Below, piece after piece: positions 14,016 through 26,294 of a stretch of 64,000 bases of DNA. Each line of letters begins with the position of its first letter. Position 1 is the first letter of the stretch. This DNA is from Octopus sinensis (Eukaryota), in the NCBI RefSeq assembly GCF_006345805.1, contig NC_043003.1, positions 109,368,001-109,432,000 on the forward strand. Direction: 5' to 3'. The notes under the pieces are model-generated. The model saw nothing but the letters and a program-made list of their open reading frames with translations. It was not told where the DNA came from and did no database searches. Position numbers and translations under genes: made by a program.

Positions 14016-14300
14016 GCTACTGCTACTACTACTACCAGCAACAACAGTAATGTAGAAAACAAAAGCTGCACTTGTGGTATTAATGATATTGACAACAGTG
14101 ATAGCACCATCATCATCATCATCATGAACAACAACAACAATAGTAGAAGAAGAAGAAGAAGAAGAAGAAGAAGAAGAAGAAAAGAAGAAGAAGAAAAAGA
14201 AGAAGAAGAAGAAGAAGAAGAAGAAGAAGAAGAAGAAGAAGAAGAAGAAAAAGAAGAAGAAAAAGAAGGAGAAGAAGAAGAAGAACAACAACAACAACAA
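13870..14300. repeat. Compound trinucleotide microsatellite (ACT/GCT/ACC/AAG/AAC)
   Basis: Direct inspection; source of the poly-amino-acid ORFs here. Confidence 0.95.
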
Positions 14301-14394
14301 CCTGTTTAGAGCATTTAGAAGACCGTAGGCAATTACAATGTTGAAAGCTGATGTCATATTTTTCTCTTTGTCAATATTTGTAATTGTTTTGTTG

Positions 14395-15030
14395 GAAGGA
14401 AGTTGGTGATTGGGTGAAATGCTTGGCTCTATTTTGTCTGTCTTTACGTTCTGAGTTCAAATTCTGCCCAGGTTGACTTTGCTTTTCATCCTTTTGGGGT
14501 CGATAAATTAAGTACCAGTTGCATGCTAAGGTCGATCTAATTCACCTGCCCCCCCCCTCTCCAATAATTTTAGGCCTTGTGCCTAGAGTAGGAAAGAATG
14601 TTTGTAATTGGCGCAATCGTTAGCACGTGAGGCAAAATGCTTAGTGGTATTTCATTCATTTCTGGGCTCTGAGTTCAAATTCTGCTGAAGGTGATTTTGC
14701 TTCTTATCCTTTTGGGGTCAATAAAATTAGTACCAGTTGGTTACTGAGGTTGATATTATTGACTTACCCCTCTTATGAAACTGCTGGCCTTGTGCCAAAA
14801 TTTGAAACCAGTTGCCAAGGCAGCAAGCTGGCAGAATTGCTGGGTAAAATGCTTAGCAGTACTTTGTCTATCTTTGCATTCTGAGTTCAAATTCTGCTGA
14901 AGTCGAACTTGCCTTTCACTCTTTCAGGCATCTATAAAATAAGTACCAGCTGAACACTGGGGGATAATGGAACTGAATTACCCCCTCCCCTGAACTTGCT
15001 GGCCTTGCACCAGAATTTGAAATTAATGTT
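14395..15030 (+). mobile_element. Three head-to-tail SINE family C copies
   Basis: Repeated ctgagttcaaattctgc...catccttttggggtc.ataa..taagtaccag...ggccttgtgcc units. Confidence 0.85.
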
Positions 15031-15464
15031 TGCAATTGCTGTTGTAATTATTGTTGTTGGTATTGTTGTTTCTGTTGTTGTTGATGTCATTTGTTGCTGT
15101 CATGTATATTTCCTCTTTGCTTATTCAACACCTCCTCCTCCTCCTCCCCTCCTCCTTCTCCTCCTCCTCCTCCTCAAAGAGCCATTGTTTATTTTAAGTG
15201 ATCATCTCTGCCACATAGCTCTCTCTGTCTTCCTGGTATTGTCCAAACAGACAATGTACTTTCTTGTATAAAGCACAATGGCTGGGAGGAGTCATCATGT
15301 TCCTTAGCAAATCATGTAACCATTAGTGTAGCAACAGGGTTTCAAGATTTACAGGTTCCTCATCAGGTTCACATGTTTCCTTTAGGTGCCCATGACTTGC
15401 TGAGGGCAGCAGATTCTGACATATTATGCTGTTACAGGCAAAGTACTGATACATACGTGTATCA

Positions 15465-15775
15465 TCATCATAATCGTTTAACGTCTGCCTTCTTTGCTAG
15501 CATGGGTTGGACGATTTTGACTGAGGACTGGTGAACCAGATGGCTGCTCCAGGCTCCAATCTTGATCTGGCAGAGTTTCTACAGCTGGATGCCCTTCCTA
15601 ACGCCAACCACTCAGAGAGTGTAGTGGGTGCTTTTACATACCACCAGCATGGGGCCAATCAGGCGGTACTGGCAATGACCTCGCTCGAATCTTTTTACAC
15701 ATCCCACCGGCACAGGTGCCAGCAAGGCGATGCTGGCAACAATCACGCTCGAATGGTGCTCTTGGCACCCTACTA
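15465..15775 (-). mobile_element. RTE-derived 3' short element
   Basis: catcatcat...tttaacgtctgc...gctagcatgggttggacg...cagctggatgcccttcctaacgccaaccac. Confidence 0.8.
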
Positions 15776-16091
15776 GTGTATGTGTGTATATATGATAAAT
15801 AAGATAAACACAAGTTTGTAAAACAGTTCCTACATGCATTTAACCATTATGGTTGTACAGAGCCCTGAAATAAGGTGTTCCAAGTGCATTTAGATGCTCA
15901 ACTACAATGGAACATCAAGGAACACTATTTTGCATTAAGTTATAGATGACTGTCCCAATGTGTGTAAATATATATGTGTGTACATGCGTGTGTATGCTTG
16001 TTTTATAGGTTTATATAACTAATACACTAAACAGAGAGCAAAGTACATACATATATATATACATACAAACATACATACACACACACGCATA

Positions 16092-16136
<45 letters not shown>

Positions 16137-16179
16137 TATGTATGTATTTATTATATATATATATGTATGTTTACACATC

Positions 16180-17200
16180 TCATCACATGTTGAAGGCTAT
16201 GCACTTGCAATCCAGGAACAGGAGATTGCCATAAAGTACCTGGTGAACAAGTGAAGCAGTAGTGCTCTAGTAATCCCAAGGTGCAACCACATGTGTAGGC
16301 CATGTCATGTTTCTGTGGAAGACATCACACATGTGATTAGCAGCTGTCCTAAAATGTCGTCACGGTACTACTTCCCTATGTGGCACGATGTTGTTGCTAA
16401 AACAATTTACAATGCCATCTGCAAAAAAGACTGTCCTGAAATAAACTTAGAAAATCCCTGTTATGGAATACATTCATAAACACCAACTCAAGGAATACTG
16501 GTGGAATATTCCCATCAAGACTTCTGTCAAATGTAAGCATAACAGGCCAAATATTGTTGTTTGGGACAGGAGGGCACAGGTATGTACCATCGTAGAGGTC
16601 AGCTGCCCTGAAGATATAAATATCTCTTTGAAAAATCAAAGAGAAAGAGGATCTCTATGGACAAATGCATCGAAACCTCCAGCTTCTATATCCAGACTAT
16701 GAATTCATCTTCATACCAATAACAATTGGAGCGCTAGGTTTTGTTAGTAAATGCTTAACCCTTCCGTTACTGTATTTATTTTGAGATGCTCTGTGTTTCT
16801 TTCCATTACTTTAAATATAACAAAGAATTTAGTAAAATAACTTAGTTATCATTCAGCTGATATTAGGAACCTAAATTGTGATGAAGGTTTGGTGGAAGAT
16901 TTTAATTCAGAACTTAAGAAAACAAGACATTTGTACTACAGAGCCAGAGCCAGTTTCAGTCAGGTTGGTAACGAAAGGGTTAAAGGAAATTCTGGATAAA
17001 ATGGGATTTTCAGAAAGAGAAATCAACCAGCCAATTCGTATATTACAAGTGCAATCTGTGAGTGGAACAGTAAAAATATGCGAGACGTTTCTCAAGTTCC
17101 AAATGTGAATTTGTATTAGCTACATCCCAAAGATGGAGCCTTGTATCTTTGTTGGAAACCATCTCCCTCCTCAGTGGAAGATTTATAATAATTAAAAAAT
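16180..17200 (+). mobile_element. R4/Dong-like (RLE-endonuclease) non-LTR retrotransposon 3' part, frameshifted
   Basis: EGYALAIQEQEI; CCHC knuckle CRPC-x8-H-x4-C; HDVVAK; RPNIVVWD...IVEVSCP; PITIGALG; terminal LQVQSVSGTVKICETFLKFQM*. Confidence 0.85.
16759..16979. mobile_element. piggyBac-type MITE (221 bp) with TTAA TSD
   Basis: TTAA|CCCTTCCGTTAC...GTAACGAAAGGG|TTAA. Removing it restores the LINE frame. Confidence 0.9.
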
Positions 17201-17328
17201 AGAAGAGACATATATATCTATAATATCTGTCTATCTATCTATCTATCTGGGTGTCTGTCTATCTGCCTGGCAATCAATCATGCACACACACACACACACA
17301 TGCATGCTCACACACACACACACACACA

Positions 17329-17397
<69 letters not shown>

Positions 17398-17939
17398 TTA
17401 TATATATATATGATTGATTGCTTCCCAATCACATGGTTTTGGGATTTAGTCCCACAGCCTGGTACCTTGGGCAAGTATCTTCTACTGTAGTCCTAAGTTG
17501 ATCAAAGCCTTGTGAGTAGATTTGGATTTAGTAGATGAATGTGAAAAATGTGTGGGGGGAAAATGAACTCCCTCCGAGTATACCGAAAAAAGGAACCAGC
17601 TAATGAGGGGATGGGCAGTTATCTTGGTAAAAATGGTGACTAATGATATGAAAACCAGGAAAGGAGCAAGTCAGTCAGGGATACTCCTTTAGGGGATAGA
17701 AATATCTGATGATATAAGATTCAAATTAGTTATCAGCATATTCAACCTGGTAACAGAGGAGGCATTATGACTCAGCATTGTTTCCTCATAACTTTCAGAA
17801 AAATGTGTGCTTTTTAATGAAATTTTCTACAAATATCTTTCAGATTTGCAGATTATGGTTATTGCAATTTAATGTTCTAAAACAAATGGTAGGTGCACAC
17901 ACATACATAGTGATACACATCATATATATATTTCTTTAC

Positions 17940-18515
17940 TGCCCTCAAGGGACTGGGGACAAACAAGGACAGTCAAACGGATTAAGTCGATTATATCGAC
18001 CCCAGTGCATAACTGGTACTTAATTTATCAACCCCAAAAGAATGAAAGGCAAAGTCGACCTTGGCGGAATTTGAACTCAGAACGTAATGACAGACGAAAT
18101 ACAGCTAAGCATTTTGCCTAGCATGCTAAAGTTTCTGCCAGTTCACTGCAATCACATATACCACACATACACACTCAGAAACGCACACATATACACACAT
18201 GCACATGCACACACATACACACACACACACACATTACTGACACTGTTGGTTAAAACAATGTGGGTTCCATTTGATCTGATCAACAGAACAGCCTGCTCAT
18301 GAAAGGGGCTAAACATAGAGGGGACATACAAGGACAGACAAAGGGATTAAGTCGATTACATCGACCCCAGTGCATAACTGGTACTTAATTTATCGACCCC
18401 AAAAGGATGAAAGGCAAAGTCAACCTCGGCAGAATTTGAACTCAGAACGTAATGGCAGACAAAATACGGCTACGCATTTCACCCGACGTGCTAACGTTTC
18501 TGCCAGCTCACCGCA
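17940..18515 (-). mobile_element. Two SINE family C copies (17940-18150, 18305-18515)
   Basis: ggattaagtcgatta.atcgaccccagtgcataactggtacttaatttatc...gaatttgaactcagaacgta. Confidence 0.85.
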
Positions 18516-18839
18516 CCTTTACACATATATATATCTATAAAATGAAGCTTGAAATTTTAGAAAAACTATATGTGTCAGTGTGTATGTGTGCATGCCCATC
18601 AATTTCTTTTCACATTAAATTCTGATATACATAATCTATACCATCTTAAAGGTATTTTTCTTTCAAAAATTTCATTAAAATATATTCATTTTTCTGAAAG
18701 TTAGAGGAAACAATATCAACTTATGTGAATTATCCAAAATTCCTCTCCCTCATCCTCTCCCCACCGAAATTCTTCATGACAAATTCTGATGTGATTGGAA
18801 CCTACACAATCTGAAAGGTACTCATAGAAAATATTATTG

Positions 18840-19095
18840 AAAAATTAACACCCAGAGATACATTAGTGACATTGAGGAAGCCAAACTGCTTCCATGGGTA
18901 ATGAGCACTTTCAGGGCACATCTTGGAGCCTCCAACAGGACTTGATACCAACTCCAAACAGGCACAACACTGGATTCAAAAAAATATTCTGTTGTTCACA
19001 AGCAAGGATATATGGCCTTCAAAAAGCCTCGATCTCAAACCATTGGATTTTTCTGTTTGGTCCATTTTGGAGACAAGGGTCTCAAGCACTCCACA
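18840..19095 (+). pseudogene. Tc1/mariner-superfamily transposase fragment (maT/DD37D-like)
   Basis: KINTQRYI..EEAKLLPW...WSLQQD...WPSKSLDLKPLDFSVWSILETRV resembles WPPSSPDLNPLDYSVW. No TIRs seen. Confidence 0.65.
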
Positions 19096-19305
19096 TGTTG
19101 TGGTATAGTTCCTATGGCTGGATACCCTTCCTAATGTCAACCACTTTACAGAGTGTGCTGGGTACTTCTTACATGCCACAAGGATGGATGCCTTTATGCA
19201 GCACTGATATGAGTGCACTTTACATGGCACTTTATGAGTGCACTTTATGTGGCACCAACACGAGTGCATTTTATATGGCACTGGCACTATGGGTGACCAC
19301 GATTT

Positions 19306-19348
<43 letters not shown>

Positions 19349-19880
19349 CTTTCTGTTTTATCACTTCTGATGCAAATAATTAAAAGGTTTTACATTGTGT
19401 GCAGGGACCTGACAGCATGAAGAAGCTTATACAAAGATTTGGTACAGCAAGGTACATGAAACTGGGAATGAACGTGTGAGTTGTGCTTAAGTCTACAAAG
19501 AAAATGTGCAAGTATGACACGATGCTTGTGCAATGTTATCATAAATAAAAGACGGAATACAAATGATCTAAGAATGGGGCTTGGTATTTCAAAACATTAG
19601 ATAACATCTGCAAAGGAAGTGATTACACCGTTATGAACATGTGAAATAATTGTGTAACATTTACTGAGTCAAAGTGTGATGCATATTGACTAAGAAATGA
19701 CACGTTGGGAATAGAAAAGAAAAACGAAAAGGAGGTGTGGAAAGAAATGATAGAGTTGAAATCAGATCTTAGAATGGTGGGTTTCATGTGTGAGATAAAA
19801 GAGTAAAAGAGCGTGGAAGCTTACAGTATTGCAGATCTGTGTAAATCAGACAATGATGGAACAATATACATTGAAAAGGT

Positions 19881-19923
<43 letters not shown>

Positions 19924-20579
19924 ACACACACACACAAATGCATGCACATGTGCACACACACAATGTTTAGTAGTTATATAGCTAGCTAGAAATAGAATAG
20001 ATTGGTGGGTTTGATAGGTAGATAGATTGAAATAGCTCTAAAAACGTAGATAGGTAATTAACCTTGTTAATTTGTTGACTCATTAGATAAACCAATGTAT
20101 TCATAAGATACGAGGTAGACTGATAGATAGATAGATAGATAGATGGATGGATGGATGGATGATGGATGGATGGATGGATGGATGGATGGAGGATGGATGG
20201 ATGGATGGATGGATGGATGGATGGATAAGCAGACAGATGAGCAAATAGACTATAAACAGAATTAGTAACTGATAAACAAATAGATGTATTGATAGTTAAA
20301 TAAAGAGCAACAGAGATGATAAAAGATAACAGAGAGGAAAATGAAAACATTCCAACAAACATCATCATTTTCAAAATAGTCAACAGATAGTAGCAGGTGA
20401 AGAACTGGATAATTTAGCTGGTGTCTTTTGGGCTTGTTGTGTTGTTTTATTTATTTATTATTTGTAGCTTATGATTATTAAAACTGAGTGAAACAACATT
20501 AAGTTTGACTACATTTGATTTGCCAAAGAAGAATGACAAAAAGACATTCTCATGAAGAATTTTAATTGTTTGGAATTAT

Positions 20580-20790
20580 TGTTATTGTTTGAGCTGGCAA
20601 AACTGTTAGCACATCAGACAAATGCTTTGTGGAATTTCATCTGCCTCTATGTTCCGAATTCAAGTTTTACCAAGCTCGACTTTGTCTTTTATGCTTTCAG
20701 GATTGAGGAAATAAATACCAGTTGAGCACAAGTTCCCTCCTCTAAAACACTTCAGGGCAGGTTCATTTTGAGCATTCTCATTTGTGAGAT
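20580..20790 (+). mobile_element. SINE family C (degenerate)
   Basis: gagctggcaaaactgttagcac...gaattcaagtttt...aaataccagttgagcac. Confidence 0.7.
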
Positions 20791-20914
20791 CAGTTGAGTT
20801 TATTTCAGATATTCTCATTTTAAAAATCCTCTCTGGCCAATCATTGAGAGGACATTGGTGTTGCCTTGGCAGAGGTTTGTGCTCTCTGAGTACATTTGTT
20901 GTAATTATCATTAT

Positions 20915-21445
20915 TATTAATTCAATGAGCTGACAGAATCATTTGCATTTACTAGTAGGACCTGTGGAAATTCAAGAACCCTGTAGAGAACTCTCGTAAT
21001 TCCAAGCAATGATGATTTTTGTGGGTGTTTTATCTTTACATTTGTACCAATCTTTTTGAGCCATATTGTTAGCTGAGTACTGATATTCCTAAGCATGCCA
21101 ATCACCATTGGCATCACATCCAATCTCTTCATTGCCTCTGTATTTCCTCCTTCAATTTCTCATAGTTCACTTTTCCTTCTTTCTCTTTGATCCTGTTGTC
21201 ACTGGGATATGCTATGTCAATTATCATGTATCTCAGATTTCCGATGTCTGATCCGGTGGTCACACTAAATCATTGCATCCCACTGAATTTTGCAATCTTC
21301 ATCCTCAGTAATTCCCCCTGGGATTTTGTTAATTCATGCCTTTGATCTTTCTTGGCCATAATTTCCACAAAGGATCATTCACTGGATCATTCTTGCCTTA
21401 TTGTCATGTCATCTTTTGTATTCACATTGTGAATATCCTCATCCC
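20915..21445 (-). mobile_element. R4/Dong-like LINE 3' fragment
   Basis: EDCKIQWD..CDHRIRHRK; DVMPMVIGMLRNI...QKSSLLGITRVLYRVLE matches the RLE-LINE C-terminal motif PVVIGALG...LQKxxLLGTARILRKVL. Confidence 0.75.
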
Positions 21446-21489
21446 CACCACCACAAACACCATCACCACCACCATTATTATTATTATTA

Positions 21490-21705
21490 AGATGGTGAGC
21501 TGGCAGAATTGTTAGCATGCTGGGCAAAATACTTAGCAGTATTTCATCTGCTACTACATTCTGAATTCAAACTCCACTGAAGACGACTTTGCTTTTCATC
21601 TTTTTGGTGACAGTAAATTAACAGTCAAGTACTGGGATCGATGTAATCAATTGTCCCCCTCCCCACAAAAATTCGAACCTTGTGCCTATAGTAGAAAGGA
21701 TTATG

Positions 21706-21710
<5 letters not shown>
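21490..21710 (+). mobile_element. SINE family C
   Basis: ggtgagctggcagaattgttagc...ctgaattcaaactcc...gggatcgatgtaatc. Confidence 0.8.
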
Positions 21711-21744
<34 letters not shown>

Positions 21745-22009
21745 TTTTTTTTTTTCCTTCTTTCAAATTTGCTTCCATTTCTTGCCGAGTGTCTTCCCGA
21801 CTCCTAGGGCAAAGAAACTCATAGTATATATTGGTAGGCCATTATTATTATGTACATGATAACACTTCCAATCAGTTAAGATCAGAAGCCACGAGAGCCA
21901 CTGCCTGGTACTGCATCAGGGCATTGTTTATTATTATCATTATCCTTATTATCCTTATTATTATTATTATTATTATTATTAATATTATTACTATTATTAT
22001 TATTATTAC

Positions 22010-22040
<31 letters not shown>

Positions 22041-22099
22041 GTTGTTATTATTATTATTATTGTCATTATTATTATAATTCATGACATGCACAAATGTAT

Positions 22100-22380
22100 T
22101 ACATTCGGAATCAATGTCTTTGATAGTGGGTCACAACCAGCATCCTTAGATTTCTTACAGTCCTTCCTGTTCCTAATACTGTAGATTTCTGATTTAATGC
22201 CACTCTCGTAGTCACACCAATCTCAGTAAGGAAACTGCCAAGTCTGTTGATGATATTACTGAGGGCGACTATCACAGCTGGAACTCTTTCGTAAAAACAC
22301 TCCACAGGCTTCACATTTTCATATTTTCTCCTGTTTTTAACATCACAAACATAATAACACATTCCATTAGACATTGGTGA
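22100..22380 (-). mobile_element. R4/Dong-like LINE C-terminal relic
   Basis: VPAVIVALSNII..LGSFLTEIGV...QKSTVLGTGRTVRNL. Confidence 0.6.
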
Positions 22381-22664
22381 TTCATTTTATCTAAAATATT
22401 GATATAATTCTTATTCATGTACTGACTGAACTTTGAATATTTTTATGAAACGACTGATCTTATCTAGATTGTGTTCATGCCATCAATGTTCAGAACAGCT
22501 TCATCTCTGTCTATTCACACTGAGTTTATTAAAATTCATCACTTAATCCCTGTTCTTACCTGTTTTATTGTTTATATTGTAACCTACATCTATGACTAAT
22601 AATTACTTTTATATTTTTCTTTCAATCAGTAACATTTTTATCAATTCTTGATATGTATAGGCAC

Positions 22665-22822
22665 AGACATGGCTGTATGGTCGGAATCTTGCTTCACAGC
22701 CACATGGTTCCAGGTTCAGTCCCACTGCATGGCATTTTGGGCAAGTATCTGCTATTATAGTCTCAGGCCAACTCAAAGCCTTGTGAGTGGATTTAGTAGA
22801 TGGAAACTGAAAGAAGCCCTTC

Positions 22823-22830
<8 letters not shown>
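22665..22830 (+). mobile_element. SINE family A 5' half
   Basis: ggctgtatggtcgg...ttcagtcccactgcatggc...ggaaactgaaagaagccc. Confidence 0.8.
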
Positions 22831-22853
<23 letters not shown>

Positions 22854-23115
22854 TTATTTGAGGGAATAAAATCCAAAATTTACAAGGAAAAAAATTCAAT
22901 TTAGAAATACTAAATCAAATTTGACACAATATAAAATATATATAAAAAATTAGAAAAAATCCACCTTTTATCAATTCAAAATGAACAATTAAATTACACC
23001 ATCTAGAAAATTACATATGATAGAAATATTGAAATTAAAATGACAATAAAATGTCAATGATTAAGTAAATTGCAAAAAAAATCATAATAAAAACGTGTAT
23101 AATTTGTAGAATAAC

Positions 23116-23159
<44 letters not shown>

Positions 23160-23162
<3 letters not shown>

Positions 23163-23390
23163 AATATATGCATATATACATACATATTTGTACATACCTA
23201 CATATATATGCATATATACATGCATATATGGGTACAGGACAAAAAAAAAAAACGATGAACACAATGAGAAATGAAAACATAAAAGCAAAAGCATAGAGAC
23301 AAACTTTTTTTCGAACAATGAAAAAGACAAACAGAGAAACGAGACATAAAGAATATTCCTCTTCATCAGTTGTCCCTGTTTCATCTACTC
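23160..23390 (-). repeat. Unclassified interspersed repeat
   Basis: Homologous, in opposite orientation, to 38155-38340 (gtagatgaaacag...ctga.gaag.gg.at.ttc...ttgtgttc..cgttttttt.tgtcctg.ccc atata). Confidence 0.65.
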
Positions 23391-23876
23391 TGCGTTTCTG
23401 TGTTTGTCTCCCACCACTACTTGACACCACCTTAAAACATGAAGTTTGTCTCAAAGAACCAGAGATGGTCTCAAACAGGTTAGTATCAACATGGTATGAA
23501 AAACCCCAATCATGAAACATTATTTCATTAAGAATGCTTCTTTTTAGCCTCAGAAATTGAATTTTTTGTAAATGTTCTCACACATTCTAAAGATGAATTT
23601 GAGATAGAAAGGAACAGCATGGTCAGCGATGAGATTCTAAGTATTTTGTCAATTGATTGTGTGAGCAACTTCACTGCATCATAAAGTACCTACAATTTCT
23701 TGTCTCAATGGAATCATATATGGTCTGAGCATAGCAAGTGGGCCTAGTGCCTTTTATTTTTTGGTGTTTTATGTCATAAGTCATTTCCATCATAAATGTA
23801 GAGCTCAGCACAGACATTGAGCTAAGTGCAGGCATGACTGTGTGGTCAAGAAGCTTGCTCCCAAACCATATGGGAA

Positions 23877-24291
23877 TCTTTTCGGTTTGAACAGCAGTTT
23901 TTAACATAATTTCTAGGTAACTTAAAAATGTTAAACTTCATATACTGGTAGAATGTCTTTATAAAACATCTTTTTCTCTTGGCTTTATTGAGAAAATTCT
24001 ATAGTTTGTAAGATATTTGTTGCTTTTTTTCCTTCAATTTCTGCAATTTCAACCAATCACTGACGTGTATTGAGGCAAAAAAAAGCATTCTGTGCCGTAT
24101 GAATATGTCCCTCGTTTAAGAAACAGATTGGGTTTATTTACATTTGTGAAGAAAAACAGATACCCTTCTCCCCACCCCTAACCCTAACCCTAAAATAGAT
24201 TGAAATGCAATAGATCGATACTAGGGTCATAATTATGGGTGACAATTTCATATGACACCGCTAGAAAAAACTGCCGTTCAAACCGAAAAGA
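23877..24291. mobile_element. MITE (about 415 bp) with 26-bp TIRs
   Basis: tcttttcggtttgaacagcagttttt ... aaaaactgccgttcaaaccgaaaaga. Contains (CCCTAA)3 at 24176-24193. No TSD recognised. Confidence 0.8.
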
Positions 24292-24514
24292 CACCCAAAT
24301 GGTTTTCAGTTCAATCGTAGTGTAAACAGAGTTATGTACCTTGCTAGGGAGCACAACAACAAATGATAACATGCTTACAGTATATAGTAGTCAGGTGCAT
24401 TACAATTGGTTGTAAAATGGACAGAAAATGGCAACAAGTTGAATAAACACAGAAAGCAATGATAGCCAAAAGTACTTCCATGGAATAAAATACAAAAGAA
24501 CTGATGAATAGCAG

Positions 24515-24660
24515 ATACAGGTGTGGCTGTGTGGTAAGAAGCTTGTTTCACAACCACATGGTTCCATGTTCAGTTCTACTGGGTGGCACCTTGGGCAAAT
24601 ATCTTCTATAGCCTTGTGAATCGATTTGGTAGATGGAAACTGAAAGAAGCCTGTTGTATA
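24515..24660 (+). mobile_element. SINE family A 5' half, interrupted by a MITE; resumes at 24865-24915
   Basis: Head and body as in other copies; the central tgtgtttgtccccc segment follows the MITE. Confidence 0.75.
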
Positions 24661-24663
24661 TAT

Positions 24664-24864
24664 ATGCTGAAGAGTTCCCAGCTTTAAGAGTATGGCGAAA
24701 GGTCTGGTTGGAGGCCCAACCTTCTGAGTTCTGTTAAAGGGCTTAGAAAGTGTGTAAAAAGTGTGTGATTCTGAGAGAGAAATATGTTGAATAAAATCAT
24801 AATTAACTGATCCTCCTGTATTTTCTTTTACCCAAAGCCAGGAACTTTTCAGCTCCCCCTCATA
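24664..24864 (+). mobile_element. mariner-derived MITE
   Basis: Ends gctgaagagttcccagct / agccaggaacttttcagctccccctcata. Internal KKCVILR.EYVE* transposase tail. Confidence 0.8.
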
Positions 24865-25001
24865 TCTATGTGTGTGTCTGTGTTTGTCCCCCATCACTGC
24901 TTGGTACCTGCTGTTGGCCAAATTGACCCTGTCAGAATTTGAACTCAGAATATAAAGATGGACGAAATGCCACTAACCATTTTCTCTGGTGACATAAAGC
25001 T

Positions 25002-25117
25002 ATAAATGATAGCATCTAAATATGGGGTCGAAAATCCCCGTTTTGGATGGGGCTGTCTCTGACTTTTTCTTTTTCCAAAAGGGATTTCCAACCCAATGTC
25101 CAAATGCTATTATTTAT
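25002..25117. repeat. Short foldback / MITE-like element
   Basis: ataaatgatagcatctaaatatggggtcgaaaatccc is an imperfect inverted match to gggatttccaacccaatgtccaaatgctattatttat. Confidence 0.65.
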
Positions 25118-25134
25118 AGCTTTTTATGTTAAGG

Positions 25135-25345
25135 TGGGGAGTTGGCAGAATGGTTAGCATACCAGACAAAATACCAATAAGCATTTGCTTGTCTTTATAT
25201 TCCAGGTTCAAATTCTGACATGGTTGACTATGCCTTTTATCCTTTCAGGGTCAACAACTAAGTACCAGTTGAAAACTGGAGCTGATGCAATCGATTTACC
25301 CCTCCACTAAAATTTATGGTTTTGTACCTGAATTTGAAACCATTA
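25135..25345 (+). mobile_element. SINE family C
   Basis: ggagttggcagaatggttagc...ggttcaaattctg...taagtaccagttg...aatttgaaacc. Confidence 0.75.
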
Positions 25346-25639
25346 TTTATAAGTTTTTGTGATGTGCTTTGAGATATTCCAGAAAAGAGTTATGTATATA
25401 TATGTAATACGTATGTGCATTTCTGCCTTCTAATTTTTACATCATGTAATAGATGAAGGTGAAGGTGTTACCATCGTATTAGTGGTGTCATTTATTTGTT
25501 TCCAAGTTTCTGTGTAAACATTTCTGGTTATAGGAGAAATATTACTTTGCATGGAAACAGGTGAGAAGGGGCTGGTGAGAGGAAAGGCTATAGAATCCAT
25601 CTGATTTATGCAAGCATGGGAAAGTGAATGTTAAAGCAA

Positions 25640-25726
25640 TGATGATAATGGCAATAAAGATGATGGTGACGATGGCGATAGCGACGACGACGACGACGGC
25701 GGCGGCGGCGGCGGCGGCGGTGGTGG

Positions 25727-25758
<32 letters not shown>

Positions 25759-25825
25759 GTGATGGTGATTGTGATTGTGATGATGATGATGATGATGATG
25801 ATGGTGATGGTGATTGTGATTGTGA

Positions 25826-25887
<62 letters not shown>

Positions 25888-25905
25888 GATGATGATGATG
25901 ATCTA
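25640..25905. repeat. (GAT/GGC/GGT)n microsatellite
   Basis: Direct inspection. Confidence 0.95.
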
Positions 25906-26294
25906 TTTATTTGTTTCATTTTTCATTACCTGAAATCATTGATTACACATGCAATGTTTAAATACAGAGGGTGCTTACAAAGCCCATGTCCAAATTCAAA
26001 TTACAAATTGCTATAACTTTAATTTCAAACATGGCATAGTTTAATAGTTTAATCTCTTTTGAATGATTAAAGGATTTATCATTACTATGCTTTATTAATT
26101 GGTTTTTTTTTTTCAAAATAAACAATTTATAACTAAATTCTTTCAACTTTATTTTATGAGAACATATAAAGACTATTATTTATTTACCTAAACCTTGTTC
26201 TATAGATGACTTGCAGGTAAGGATAACTAATGTTTTGCAGATGATAGTTACTGAATATTAGCTGCATATTTTATTTCAAGAAATTCAGGATCAT

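Noticed and set aside
14395-15030. CRISPR-like repeat-spacer pattern
   Set aside because: The units are diverged SINEs of about 200 bp in eukaryotic DNA, with no cas genes.
15327-15372. Minus-strand CTGATGA...GAAAC-CCT-GTT
   Set aside because: The core motifs are present, but stems I and II do not pair convincingly.
23345-23390. CTGATGA / CTGAAGA in the 23.3-kb and 38.2-kb repeats, and in the 0.95-kb / 48.3-kb repeat
   Set aside because: No correctly placed downstream GAAA with closing stems; permuted folds also fail.
24176-24193. Interstitial telomere
   Set aside because: Only three units, and internal to a MITE.
25534-25560. Exon-like AG/GT segment EKYYFAWKQ
   Set aside because: The same sequence occurs at 6815-6850 on the other strand as part of a dispersed repeat.
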